Origin: Cyanophora paradoxa CCMP329
Taxonomy: Eukaryota; Plantae; Glaucophyta
Direction: 5' to 3'
Length of the DNA stretch: 64,000 nt
NCBI GenBank assembly: GCA_004431415.1
Contig: QPMI01000569.1
Span: 62,001-126,000 of the forward strand
Positions 26,334 to 37,549 of the stretch are shown in pieces (the first letter of the stretch is position 1; every line of letters begins with the position of its first letter). The notes under the pieces are model-generated. The model was not told where the DNA came from. It did no database searches and worked only from the letters and a program-made list of their open reading frames with translations. The translations under genes and the position numbers were made by a program.

Positions 26334-27058
26334 CTTGGATTCTAGATTCTCTTGCACCGCTGTGCTGGTTGCAGGCCCGATGTCGGCCGGCAAGCCGGCC
26401 TGGTTGTCGGCAGTGGATGGCGCGCGCTCGCTGGCGCTGCGGAGAAGGTTGGCAAACTAGCGCTGCAGCTGGTTTTGCTGTCGCGGTGTCTTGCTTGCTG
26501 TGCTGCTGTTGCTGCTGGGATGTCACTCGTGCCGGCGCTTCGCCAGCACGCTACGAGAACGCGCGCTGACGGGAGGCCCCGAGGCCGCGCTCCCACAGGT
26601 GCTGCCCGGGTATACGTACCCGGGACTTTCCATGTGTAGGAAGTTCCTCCAACTCTCGTACCCCGGCAGTACAAAAAGCCCTTTATCGTCTTTTGCGTCA
26701 TCGAGAACTCGCCTTCAGCGGCTCGTTTTCCATCGCCGACGAAAGCGTCACTTATCCGCAAGCTCATAATCAGCACAAAACGCTAGCTTGCATTACAATG
26801 ATTACAAGTTGCATCTGCACGGGACTGCACAAACAAAACGAACTTCCAGCGCGGCCTCACGTGCGCAAAGACCCGCCGTCTCAGAGTCTGCAGGCTGCAG
26901 CTGCTTGCAATTGTAAGTTTAACATCCTCCTTACGTCGATCGTGCACCGTGCACGTGATCTTGAGTTCCTGACGACGACGTCGACGAGGCTCACGTGGGC
27001 TGGTGACGTGCCACGGTGACTCAGTGACGTAGCGCATCATCTGCTTGGAGTCTATCAG

Positions 27059-27471
27059 CAGGGCTGTCAAAATTTTACCCCCCCAAAATGGACCAGAAAA
27101 TTTTGAGGAATATTCCGGGAACGTTCCCGGAATATTCCACCACACAAAATCCTGGAAAATTCTCAATACCGTGCGTTGCGCACCGCAGACACACGTTCAA
27201 AGCTGCGAAGCACTAAGATAACATCACACTAAGCATTCTGAGAGACAGTATACAGCCTTCTGGAGCTTGGAGACGGAAATGCAAGGCCCCTGGTGGGGTC
27301 AGAAGGGGGGGGAGGGGGCGCAGAAAAGGGATGAAAATGAATAAATAATCATTAAATTATATTCAATTTCCTAAAATTTTCCCCCTGCAAACGGGACGCG
27401 AAAATTTTCCCGAAATTTTCTAAAATATTCCGGGAACGTTCCAGGCTGGAATATTCCGGCTAACAGCCCTG
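27059..27471. mobile_element. Non-autonomous hAT-type MITE (413 bp)
   Basis: TIRs CAGGGCTGTCA / TAACAGCCCTG (1 mismatch). Perfect 8-bp TSD TCTATCAG at 27051-27058 and 27472-27479. AT-rich interior with subterminal GGAATATTCC/GGAACGTTCC palindromes. Confidence 0.9.
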
Positions 27472-27814
27472 TCTATCAGTTGGAGACCAGTACTTTTGCG
27501 CATACTACTAGGCTAGTATACCGGTAACCGGGTACACCTGCGCACTGCGGCCCGCGGGCCGCGGCGGCGCCGGCGCCGGCAGTGCTCGCGCTCGCCCCCC
27601 CGGCCCCAATTGCAAAACTTGAAAAGAAATATGCAGCTGCAGCGCGCGGCCGCGGGACAAGGTCCGGCCCGGCGGCCCGTCCGGGTCACGGGCCTCACGG
27701 CCACGCTGCACGAGAAGCCATGCGCCATGGCCAAATGACCGTCGGACTAGAATTTATAATTAAGCGTGACAACCGAAAGCTCGACCTCACGAGTCACGCT
27801 CCTAGACCTAGGCC

Positions 27815-29476
27815 TCACTGGCGCTTGGCAGACCTGACGGAGAGCCCTATCGGGGGCAGGGTGACGGACGAGGGGGCCACCGCCGGCGCCCCGCGGGCGG
27901 CGGCGACAGCCGGGGCTGCGTTGGGCGCGGGGCCGGAGATGCGGATGCCGGGGGCGATGAGGGGCACGGCGGAGAGGTTCGGGATGGCCTTCTTGGTCTC
28001 CTTCAGGCCGGGCCTCCTGTAGGCGGGGCGCCGGCCGGCGTCCGCCAAGACCACCCCGGGGAGCGCGCCCGGCTCCCCCGCCGGCGACGTCCCGGGGCGC
28101 TGCCCCTGCACCCCCCCGAAGGGGCCGGCGCCCGCGACCGAGCCCGGGCGGGGCGCCGGGCGGGCCCCGATGGCGACGACGGGCGGGCCGGCCCCAGCCG
28201 CCGCAGCCGGCGGGGCGGGGGCGCCGCGGACGGGGTAGGCGATGACGTGGCGGGCGGCGAAGGCGTCGGCGGCGCTCGTGGCGACGGCCATGAACGCGTC
28301 CCGCAGCCGCGCCGTGTCCGGCTTCCCCGCCGAGGGCGCCCCCGCCGGCCCCGGCACCTCCCCCAGCCCCGGCACCCTGCCGGGCCGTGAGCGAGGCGCA
28401 CGCGGCCGCGGGAGGGGGCACGCCGCACTTGGGGCGGCGGCGGCGGCGGCGGCGGGAGCCTGCGAGGCGGAGGGGCGGCGGGCGGAGTTGCCGGCGGCGG
28501 CGCGGGAGGCGGGGCGCGGGTTCGAGTCCGTGGCGGCGCGCTGCCGGCGCTTGCTCTCGGGCACGGGCATGCTCGCTGCGCGGCCGCTCGCTGCGCTGCG
28601 AGAAGCAAAGGGAGGGGGGGAGGGGGCGGGGGGTACGCGGACCGCCGTGCTCGGCGAAGTAGTCGCGGACGGCCTGGCGGGCGGCGCGGACGAGGGCGAC
28701 CGCCACTGGGCCCTCCTCCAGCCGCCTCGGGAAGCCCGGGCCCACCCGCAGCAGCGCCCGCACCAGCGCCCACCCGAACAGCTGCTCGCTCAGCTCCGCG
28801 TACCCCTCCTCCCCCGGCGCCACGCTCGGGCGGCGCGCCCCCGCCCCCACCGCCGACGTGCTGCGCGGCGTCAGCGGGAGGGAGGGGGAGGGCGGGGGGA
28901 ACGGGGGTGCGCGGGGCGCCTGCGGCGGCGGCCGAGGAGGTGCTCGTAGGTGCTCTCGTCGATGAGGCGCGTGGGGGCGATGCCCGGCGCCGCCGACGCG
29001 CCGGGCGAGGGCCCCGGCTTCATCCGCCGCGCCGAGCCGGCGGCCGCGCCCGCCGCGCCGGCGGCGGAGGGGCGGCGGTCGCGGAAAGCGGGGTCCTCGC
29101 GGCGCTTGCGCTCGCGCCAGTGCTGCTGGAGGCGCTCGGCCTGCTTCTGGCGGTACAGGAAGCGCGCCCGCTCCATCATGCTCTTCGTCACCCAGTCCTC
29201 CCCCGCCGCCGCCCTCGCCGTCGCCCCGACCTTCACGTCTGCGCCCCCGCCCCGCCCCCTCAGCCACCCCGCCCCGCCGTCCCGCGCCCCGCCGCCCCGG
29301 GCCCCGGGCTCCCCTCCCGGCGCGCACCCTCGACCTTCTTGAGGACGTAGAGCTTCCTGTCGAGGTCGTAGAAGGAGACGTGGTCGAAGAGGTTCTTCAG
29401 GAAGCCCAGGTACTGCTTCTGCGGGGGGAGGCGCCGCTCACCACTCCATCCCCGCCGGACCCCCAGTCCTACACCG

Positions 29477-29510
<34 letters not shown>

Positions 29511-30898
29511 AACCTTCATGACGTGGTTGGTCCAGACGTCGGCGACCTCGAAGAGGCAGCGCAGGAAGCGGGCCTTGTTCAGCGTCTCGTACCCCATGCT
29601 GCGCCCCCCCGGCGCCTCAGCGGAGCGCTGCCTGTCGGGGGGGAGAGGGCGCGCCTGTCGAGGTCCCAGTCCTGGACGGCGGTCTGGAGGGCGGCGAAGG
29701 GGTCCCACTCCGAGTGCAGCGCCCGGTACATGCACGCGTGGAATTTCTGCCGCCGCGCGCGGGGCGTGAGCGGGGGGGAGGTGGGGGGGGCGGCGCGGGG
29801 CGGGGGAAGCGGGACGGGGCGGCGCGCCTTGTACTTGTCGAACCGCATCTCCTTCCTGTTCCCGCTCTCCGCAATCGCCAGCAGCCAGAACTGCCCGGGG
29901 GGGGGGGGGGGGGGGGGATTCAGGCGGGGGGTAAGGGCGGGGAAGGGGGTGGATGCGGGGGGCACCTTGTTGAGCCAGCGGAGGATCGCCTCGTCGTACC
30001 GCAGCGACTCGCGCACAAGGAGCGCCACGTCGCTGCGCCGAAAGGAGCTCGGGGGGGGGGGGGGGGGGGGGATAGTGCGGGGGGTTCGGTGCGGGGAGCG
30101 CGCCTGTGGAGGTCGGGCTCGTACTTAATGCTCGCGTCGTCCTCGTCACGCTTGGCGTCCGGCGGCCGGCACCGGTCCCCGCGCGACTTCGGCAGCGGCG
30201 GCGCCGCGTGGAAGACCTGCAGAGGGGGAGCCCGCGTGAGCCCCGGGGTAGGAAGGGCTCGGGGGTACGCTGGCTCGCCTGGCGCAGCTCTTCGAGGAAC
30301 CAACCCTGCGATGGGGAAGGGTGAGGGGGTAGGGGGGTAGAGGGGGTAGAGGTGGTGAGAAGGCAGGGGCGGGGGACGGGCACGCGCGCACCCGCTTCTT
30401 CTTGAGCTCATTCTCGCCGCGAAGGGTACCGGAGAAGCTGTGGCGGCGCCTGGGGAACTGGTACGGCTGCGGAGGCGGCTTGGGCCGCCCGCCGTCCCTC
30501 CCGAAGTGGGTCGTCTGCTGCCGCGTGGGGGGGGCCCTGCCCGGGTCCTGCGGCAGCTGCCGCCCCCTCTTATCCACGTCGTAGTCGGCGGCCGCCCAGC
30601 CTGCGCACTCGCATCAGACCGCGCGCGGCGCCCCGCCCCGCCCCGCCCCGGCGCGAGGCGACGGGGCGAACCGTCTAAGAAGTGTCGCTCCTGCGGTGGG
30701 GGGGAGCGGCCCGCGCCGATCAGCTGCGAGCGGGGAGAAGGAACGGGGAGCGGAGCGACGCGCCTTGTGCTTCTGTCTTAGCTCCCACGGCACGACCTTC
30801 CCGTCGCTCGAGGCTTCAAGCGGCTCGGGGCTCGGCTTGGAGCCGACCGTCTTCGAACGATCCAGGGTTGGCTCGGCGCCGGGCGGGGCGAGCGACAT
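27815..30898 (-). CDS. Uncharacterised protein with an EF-hand-like domain and low-complexity tail (paralogue 1)
   Basis: Spliced core: RSDVALLVRESLRYDEAILRWLNK|FWLLA...MRFDKYK|KFHACMYRALHSEWDPFAALQTAVQDWDLDR|...LNKARFLRCLFEVADVWT...|KQYLGFLKNLFDHV. ATG at 30898; ends RSAKRQ*. Confidence 0.65.
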
Positions 30899-31343
30899 CG
30901 TGCAGTTCTATCTCTGAACAAACCGCCGGCTCGCGCCGATCGACACTAAGTCACTAGAGCTAGCTACACGCGTAAAGGCGTGATAAGCTTAACTATCAGC
31001 TGTCGAAGCTCACGTCAGACGGGCGCGGGCCGGGAGCTCCGACTCGGCAAGCCTCGTCGTTGCGGCTAATCGGCACTCACAGCCTCCTCGTTGATGCGCG
31101 GCGTAGCTGCGAATGTTGACAGAGCATACGCTAACTAGTAAGTGACAATCGAGGCGCGCTGACAGCCCGCATTTGTCCGATCGAGGCGGTACCCTGGCAA
31201 GATCCGCGTACCCAGATCCGAAGTCTTAAGTCTTAGGCAAAACGCCGCCCCTCGTGCCTCTGCTGGTGCGGCCGATCGCGGCACGAGCATCGCATTCGGG
31301 AATCTGGGCGATCGCCCGTGGGCGCGTCATCTGCGTCCGGGCG
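30899..31343. promoter_or_regulatory. Putative bidirectional promoter between the EF-hand-like gene and TRM1
   Basis: Short, lower-GC spacer between two head-to-head start codons. No specific element identified. Confidence 0.35.
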
Positions 31344-34300
31344 ATGTCGACCGCGGCCTCCAGCTCCGCGGGGCCCTCCACGGCTCCTGGTGCGTACATC
31401 CGGTGGGGAGCCGATCGCGGCTGCCGCGACCTGCCCCCGCTGAGTTGCTGCTGAACGACCTCCCCGGCAGTGCCGGAGGGCTTCCACGTGATCACGGAGG
31501 GGAAGGCGAGCATCCTCTTCGCCAAAAAGAATGATGTGTTCTACAACAAAGCCCAGGTACGCTGCGCGTTCGGACCGATCGCGAGCGCAATTGCGAGCCG
31601 CTCGCCAGGTCGTGAACCGCGACCTCTCTATCGCATGCATCAAAGTATTCGACGAAATGAGGCGTGAGGCGATCGTCGAGCGCGGTGCGCGCGCCCCGCG
31701 CGCCCTCCCCGCCCAACGCTGGACGGCGCCTGATTCGCCCTGCAGCGCGCCAGCGGCAGGAGGCGAAGGCAGCGCGGGGTGAGCAGCCAGCTCAGCGCCC
31801 CTCCTCCAGCTCGAGACTGATCGCAGGGCAGCGTCGGGCGCCGCTCCCGAGACGGGGCCGAAGGAGGAGGGGGGCGGCTCCTCTGAGGCGGCCGCGCCGG
31901 CGCCGGTGGAGGCCGATCCCGAGGGCGAGCCGATGGCCGAGGATCCGCCGGAGCCGAAGGAGGACCCGGCGGAGGCGGAGCGGGCGAGGCGGGAGGAGGA
32001 GCAGCGCGAGCAGGCGGCCGCCGCCGAGGACGCCGCCGCCGCCGCCGGCGGCACCGCCGAGAGCGTCCCGGGCCTCCGCATCCTCGAGGCCCTCTCCGCG
32101 TCGGGTACGCCGGCCGGCGGAGGAATCGCCGTACCCCCTTCGCCCTGACCGGGACCCCCGCAGGACTGCGCGCGATCCGCTACTGGAAGGAGATCGGCAA
32201 CCTCCGCAAGGTCGTCGCCAACGACCGGGACGCGACCGCCGTGCGCCCGTACCTCTCTGAAACACTTCCCGTGCCCCCCGCCCACCCGCGGCGGCCGGGC
32301 AGGTGGCGGCCATAAGGAGGAATGTGGTCCACAACGGCCTCTGCCCGGACACGCAGGTCGTCCCCAACGTCGGCGACGCGATGTGCGGCCGCACCCCGTA
32401 CCCCGTCGCCTTCGTTGCCCCCGCCCTGACCTCTCCCGCAGCGACGTGATGATGGCGAGCCGGGAGCGCTCCAAGCAGGCGCGGCCCCCCGCCCTCCCCT
32501 CCCCTCGCCCCGCCCCCCTCGCATCGAATCGAATCGAGTCTGAGCTGAGCTTGGCTCGCGGGCAGTTCGAGGTGGTGGACCTGGACCCGTACGGCACGGC
32601 CTCGCCCTTCCTCGACGGCGCCGTCCAGGCCGTCGCCGAGGACGGTGCCCTCCGCGCCCCCGCCCCGCCCCGCCCCGGGCGCGCCGGCGCGGCCCCGACG
32701 CGCGTCTCATGCGCGGCAGGCCTGCTCTGCGTCACCTGCACGGACATGGCGGTCCTCTGCGGGAACCACCCCGAGGCGCGCCCCCGCCCCGCGCCCCGCG
32801 CCGCGCCGGGCTCACGCTGGGGCGGGCAGACGTGCTACGCGAAGTACGGGAGCGTGCCGATCAAGGCCAAGTACGGGCACGAGATGGCCCTCCGCATGGT
32901 CACCTCGGCCGTCCAGTCCGCCGCCATCCGCGCCGGCCGGTCCGCGCGCCCCCGCCCCCGCCCCTCCCACCCCGCCCCGCCCCGCCCCCGCTCACCGACA
33001 GCTGCGGCGCGCAGCTACGCGACGCCGCTGGCGTGCTTCTCGATCGACTTCTACGTGCGCCTCTTCTTCCGCGTCAAGACCTCCCGCCTGGCCTGCGGCG
33101 AGGCCATGACGTGCGCCCGCCCGCCCGGCCTCCGCCCGGCCCCTCGTCCGAGTCGCCGCGCGGCGCCCCGCAGGAAGGTGGGGACCGTGTATCAGTGCAC
33201 GGGCTGCGACGCGTTCCACGTGCAGCCGCTGGGCGTGACGAAGATGACGGGGGCGAGCGGGAGCCACCCGAAGCGGCAGCTGGCGCAGGGCCCGCCGGTG
33301 GACCAGAAGTGCGGGGAGTGCGGGCGGGTCTTCCACGTGGGGGGCCCCATGTGGGTGGGCCCCCTCTACGAGGAGGACTTCGTGCGCCGCCTCCTGGCGC
33401 ACCTGGAGGCGCCCGAGGCGAAGGAGCTCTACGCCGCCAAGGACCGCATCCGGGGCCTCGTGCTGGCGCTCTCGGAGGAAATCCACGACGGGGCGCCCCT
33501 GTACTACTCGGTGAACCAGATCGGCAAGGTCCTCCACTGCCAGGTCCCCGCCCGCTTCAAGCTCAGCAACGCCCTCGAGAGCCTCGGGTACAAGGCGAGC
33601 GGCTCGCACGCCAGCCCGACGGCGCTGAAGACGACGGCGCCGCCCTCGGCCTTCTACAACGTGCTGCGTTGGTGGATCCAGAAGAACCCGACCAAGCCGC
33701 AGGCCGAGGGGACGGTCGCCGCCGCCATCCTCGCCAAGGCGCCCGTCGAGCCCAAGCCGGACTGGCGCTACAAGAAGCCCTTCCAGGTCCAGCCGGCCCA
33801 GCAGAAGCAGAAGAAGGTGCCGCGCTACGTCCAGGCCCCCGAGCCCCACTGGGGGCCCAAGGCCCGCGCCGGCGGCAAGCGGTCCGCCCCCCCGCGCCCC
33901 GCGCCCCGCGCCCCGCGCCCCCCGCCGCCCCGACGCGGCGCGCAGGGCGAGGGAGGAGGGCGAGGCGGCGGAGGCCGGCGCCGGGGGTGGGGCGGAGGGC
34001 GCGAGCGCGGGCGCCGGCGGGGAGAAGCCCGTGCAGAAGTGCAGGAAGAAGGTCTGCCGGAACTTCAAGGTACGGGCGCCCCCCCCGCTTCCCCTGCCCG
34101 GGTTCTGCGGCTAGGTTTAGCGGATCCCCGTTCATAACAAGGTGCCGCGCGTGGCTTCGGCCACCCTCGCGCGATGCCCGGGTTGGACGGGAAGAGAACG
34201 CTCCCCAGCCCAAAGCGACGGCGTTTTCCGGTTGCGCCATCGTCTTGAACGGGAGCGATAGCCATTCCAGTTTTATCCTCCGTTGCCTTAGGAGCTCTCT

Positions 34301-34837
34301 TTTTTCACGCCCGTTCATTCAAGGTGCCGTGCGTGGCTTCGGCCGTTCTCGCGCGTTGCCCGGGTTGAATGGGCAGATAGAAGCCGTCTGCCCAAAGCGG
34401 TGGCGTGTCTGGTGGCGCCCTCGTCTTTACTGTCGGCACATTTTCAAGATGGGAGGGTCTTTTGGGGAGGTTTGATGTCCTCGGTGGGAACCCGGCGGCC
34501 TCGCCCGGGGTCTGCATCGGGGCCTGCCCCTGGGCAGTCGAGTAGTATTCTAGTCTTTCATGTTTCACGGCGCCTGCATCTCGAGTCTGCCTGACGTATC
34601 GCCGCAGGAGAAGGGCGAGTGCTCGTACGGCGACCGGTGCAAGTTCATCCACGACCGGGGCTCGTCGGCTCCCGTGCGTGCCTGCCCGGGCGTGCACACC
34701 GCGCCGCTTCGGACGCCGTCCTGACGCTCGTGCGGCAGCAGGCGAGCGCAGCGGCGAGCGCAGCAACGAGCGCAGCGGCGAGCGCAGCGGCGAGCGCAGA
34801 TGCGGCGAAAGCAGATGCACCGCCGGCGTCTTCTTGA
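31344..34837 (+). CDS. TRM1: tRNA (guanine26-N2,N2)-dimethyltransferase with C-terminal CCCH zinc finger
   Basis: Motifs ITEGKA, VFYNKAQ|VVNRDLSI, RILEALSAS|GLRAIRYWKEI, VVAND, FEVVDLDPYG, GLLCVTCTDMAVLCGN, HEMALR, SIDFYVRLF, CTGC..CGECG, GGPMW, SGSHA, WGPKARA. Zinc finger KKVCRNFK|EKGECSYGDRCKFIH. About 15 introns. Confidence 0.95.
34127..34263 (+). ncRNA. Box H/ACA snoRNA-like unit 1 (in TRM1 intron 34070-34608)
   Basis: Hairpin CCCGTTCA...TGGACGGG with a UUCG loop, H box AGAGAA (34193-34198), second hairpin CGCTCCC...GGGAGCG, and ATA variant box at 34258-34260. Confidence 0.7.
34309..34443 (+). ncRNA. Box H/ACA snoRNA-like unit 2 (in TRM1 intron)
   Basis: Hairpin GCCCGTTCA...TGAATGGGC, H box ATAGAA (34377-34382), second hairpin GCCG...CGGC followed by ACA (34438-34440) and TTT. 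The paralogous pockets are conserved with unit 1. Confidence 0.8.
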
Positions 34838-34976
34838 TGTTGTGTTTTGCAGCCCCATTAGTTGTAGTCCAGGCTATACAGGTCCCTGTGCAGTTTCAAT
34901 TGAAGGTCGTCGCTTGAGTTTCGCCTTTAAGACCTCATTCCCGCAGTAGTTTTTGCAGTTTTTCACACTTTTTTAT

Positions 34977-35113
34977 CCCGTTCATAACAAGGTGCCGCGC
35001 GTGGCTTCGGCCACCCTCGCGCGATGCCCGGGTTGGACGGGAAGAGAACGCTCCCCAGCCCAAAGCGACGGCGTTTTCCGGTTGCGCCATCGTCTTGAAC
35101 GGGAGCGATAGCC
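34977..35113 (+). ncRNA. Duplicate of H/ACA-like unit 1, downstream of the TRM1 stop
   Basis: Identical to 34127-34263 at an offset of +850. Confidence 0.65.
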
Positions 35114-35158
35114 ATTCCAGTTTTATCCTCCGTTGCCTTAGGAGCTCTCTTTTTTCAC

Positions 35159-35293
35159 GCCCGTTCATTCAAGGTGCCGCGCGTGGCTTCGGCCGTTCTC
35201 GCGCGTTGCCCGGGTTGAATGGGCAGATAGAAACCGTCTGCCCAAAGCGGTGGCGTGTCTGGTGGCGCCCTCGTCTTTACTGTCGGCACATTT
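35159..35293 (+). ncRNA. Duplicate of H/ACA-like unit 2, downstream of the TRM1 stop
   Basis: Matches 34309-34443 at +850 with about 2 substitutions. H and ACA boxes are intact. Confidence 0.7.
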
Positions 35294-35771
35294 TCAAGAT
35301 CTGAGGGTCTTTTGGGGCGGCTTGATGTCCTCGGTGAGAACCTGGCCCCGCGGCGGCCTCGCCCTGGGGTCCGCCTGGGGCCTAGGCCTGCCCTTCGCAT
35401 GCACGTACGGGTGCCTTTCCCGTGATCGTATGATAGTAGCTCGAAGCTCGGGGCACTGCCGGGTTGAAGGGCGAGTATTACGGTACTATAGCGGCTAGTT
35501 CGGTACTCTTGACGGTACAGGGAGGGAGCGCGAGGCCTGGGCGAGTTCGGTGGCGGCGCTAGCGCACTCCATCCCACTGACGATCCCAATCGCTGACTGA
35601 TTTCGGCTGGGCATCGCTATGTATACGAACATAAATAACCCACCGTGGCACGTACACTGATCTACTAACTAGGCCTAGGGCTACTCCCGCCGGCCCCCCC
35701 GCCCGGCCGCCGCGGCGGGGCGGCGAGGGGGCCCCCGCGGCGGCGCGCCGGCCTCGGGGCCTGGCGCCCGC

Positions 35772-37549
35772 TCAGAGCTCCTCCCTCTGCTGGGGGGCGG
35801 GCTTGCCGTCGTGCCTCTCGCCGCCCTTGGGGTCCCGCCGCTGCCGGAACTTGCCGGGGCCCTTCTTGGGGCGCCCGGGGGCCCCCTTCTCCGCCGCCGC
35901 CTTCTTCCGCTCCTCCATCTTCTGCTGCCGCATCCGCTCCAGCGTGTCCTTCATCTGCCCGGCCCCCGCCCCGTCGCACGGGTACACCGCGAGGGCGGCG
36001 GGGTGCGGCACCACCTCGTCCTGCAGCTCCGACAGCTTGCCCTTGCGCTTGTACCCCTCCGCAACCTTCGCGAGCGCCTTCTGGTGACTCGGGTTGATCT
36101 TGAGAACCTGCGCGGGGTTCTGGTCACGGCTCCGGGGTACGGGCGGCCCCGCGGGGGGTGCTGGCCTCCTTGAGCGTCTCGAGGGCCTCCTCGGTCTGGT
36201 CGGCCGCCATCTGAGCGCTCCCTAGGGCGTACAGCGCGTCGGAGCTGCCCCTGGATTCGAACCCGCGCGTCGGGCGGCGTTGGCCGGCGGGCGCGCTCGA
36301 GCGCCGGCGGCGCACGGCTCGAGCTCGACGGCCTTCTGGAACGATTCGATCGCGGCGGCCGCTGCGCGCCGGGCCGGTCGGCGGCGGCGGCGGCGGCGGG
36401 GGCGGGGGCACGGCATCGCAACGCCGGGCGGGGGTACGGCGCACTGTCTCCCTTCGCGAGGAGAACGTTCCCGAGGCTGGTGTGGTACTTGGCCTGCGGC
36501 AGGGGTCGGCGGGTGACAGGCAGGGCGAGGGGGGCTCGGAGGGAGGGGAGGGGGGTAGGCGCCTTCTTCGGGCTGATGACGAGGGCGTTGCGGAGCGTCG
36601 CCTCGGACTCGTTGAGCTTGCCGAGGGCCTCCAGCACGTTCGCCAGGCTGTGGTGCGTGTCCGGGTTGCTGCGCCCCTCCCCCCCCCGTCACGCCCGCAG
36701 CAGGGGGGCGGGGGCCCCCAGGGGCGGGGGCCGGGCGGGGCACAAGGGGTCGAGGTCGACGGCCTTCTGGAGGGCCTCGTGCGCGCTCTTCCAGCGGTGC
36801 AGGCGGTGGTACGCCGAGCCCAGCGCCGCAAACGCCGTCGCCTGCACCCGCGGCGTCAGCGGCGCTTCGGGCCGGCCCCGCGCGCGCCCGGCGCCTCGGG
36901 CGGCACCTCCTCCGGGTTCTTCTTGGTCGCCTTCTCGAAGCAGTGCGCCGCCGCCCGGTACTCCCCCTCGTCCAGCATCCGGTTCCCCGCCTTGCTGCGC
37001 TCCGGCCGGTCGGGGGGCGAAGCGCGCGCGCGCGCTCCGAACTCGGAGGGGGGCGTACGCGAGGGTGTCGTAGCTCTCCTCGGCCTCCGGCACCGGGCAC
37101 ACGGCGATCTTGCCTTCCTGCCCCTCCGCGCGCTTCGGCGGCCGCTCCTTGCCGCTCTTGCGGGGCTTCCCAGACGCGTCCATCCGCCCCTTGCGCCCGA
37201 GTTCGCTCAGCTTTTCCTTCGCCGCGCGCTGGATCTTCTCGAACTGCGCCTTCTTGAAGTGCTCCGGGATGCCCTTGGGCCCTCGCTTCAGTGTGCGCCG
37301 GCCCTTGCCGGCGGAACCTTCCGAAGAGCTCCGCGCGTCGCCGGTGGCACCTCCGGCGTCTGCGTTGGCATCCTGCTGCGCTGACTGCTCGCCATTTACA
37401 CTGCCCGAGTCGCCGGACGTGGCAGAGGCCGCAGGTGCGTCGGTAGCTCCCGTCGGCGCGGACGCCGCGTCGTCCGCTTGGATCGTAACCAGCGCAGACA
37501 CGAGAAGCGCCGCTAGGAGCGCCAGAGCCGCCCAGCGGCTGGTGCCCAT
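35772..37549 (-). CDS. Signal-peptide TPR-repeat protein with C-terminal REEL (probable ER-lumen resident)
   Basis: N-terminus MGTSRWAALALLAALLVSALVTIQA. TPR-like exons: AFAALGSAYHRLHRWKSAHEALQKAVDLDP, HSLANVLEALGKLNESEATLRNALVISPK, AKYHTSLGNVLLAKG, ALYALGSAQM. Ends QQREEL*. Confidence 0.8.

Larger units (their letters stand above)
3540..26350. repeat. Direct tandem segmental duplication; units ~3540-14330 and ~15590-26350
   Basis: Long near-identical blocks (e.g. 7210-7980 vs 19345-20120; 12090-12550 vs 24135-24595) plus homologous but diverged 3' flanks (GAAATCTACT...CCTTGATTCCG at ~3712 and ~15740). Confidence 0.9.

Noticed and set aside
34739-34800. 12-bp tandem repeat (GCGAGCGCAGCG)n as a separate element
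   Set aside because: It is explained as the ASAA-repeat coding tail of the last TRM1 exon.
34127-35293. CRISPR-like or transposon interpretation of the four related units
   Set aside because: The units are about 135 nt with H and ACA boxes and pairing-preserving changes. There are no short constant repeats with unique spacers and no TIR or TSD.
36252-36266. B-box-like GGTTCGAATCC on the minus strand
   Set aside because: It is an isolated match at the 3' end of a TPR-gene intron with no tRNA context.
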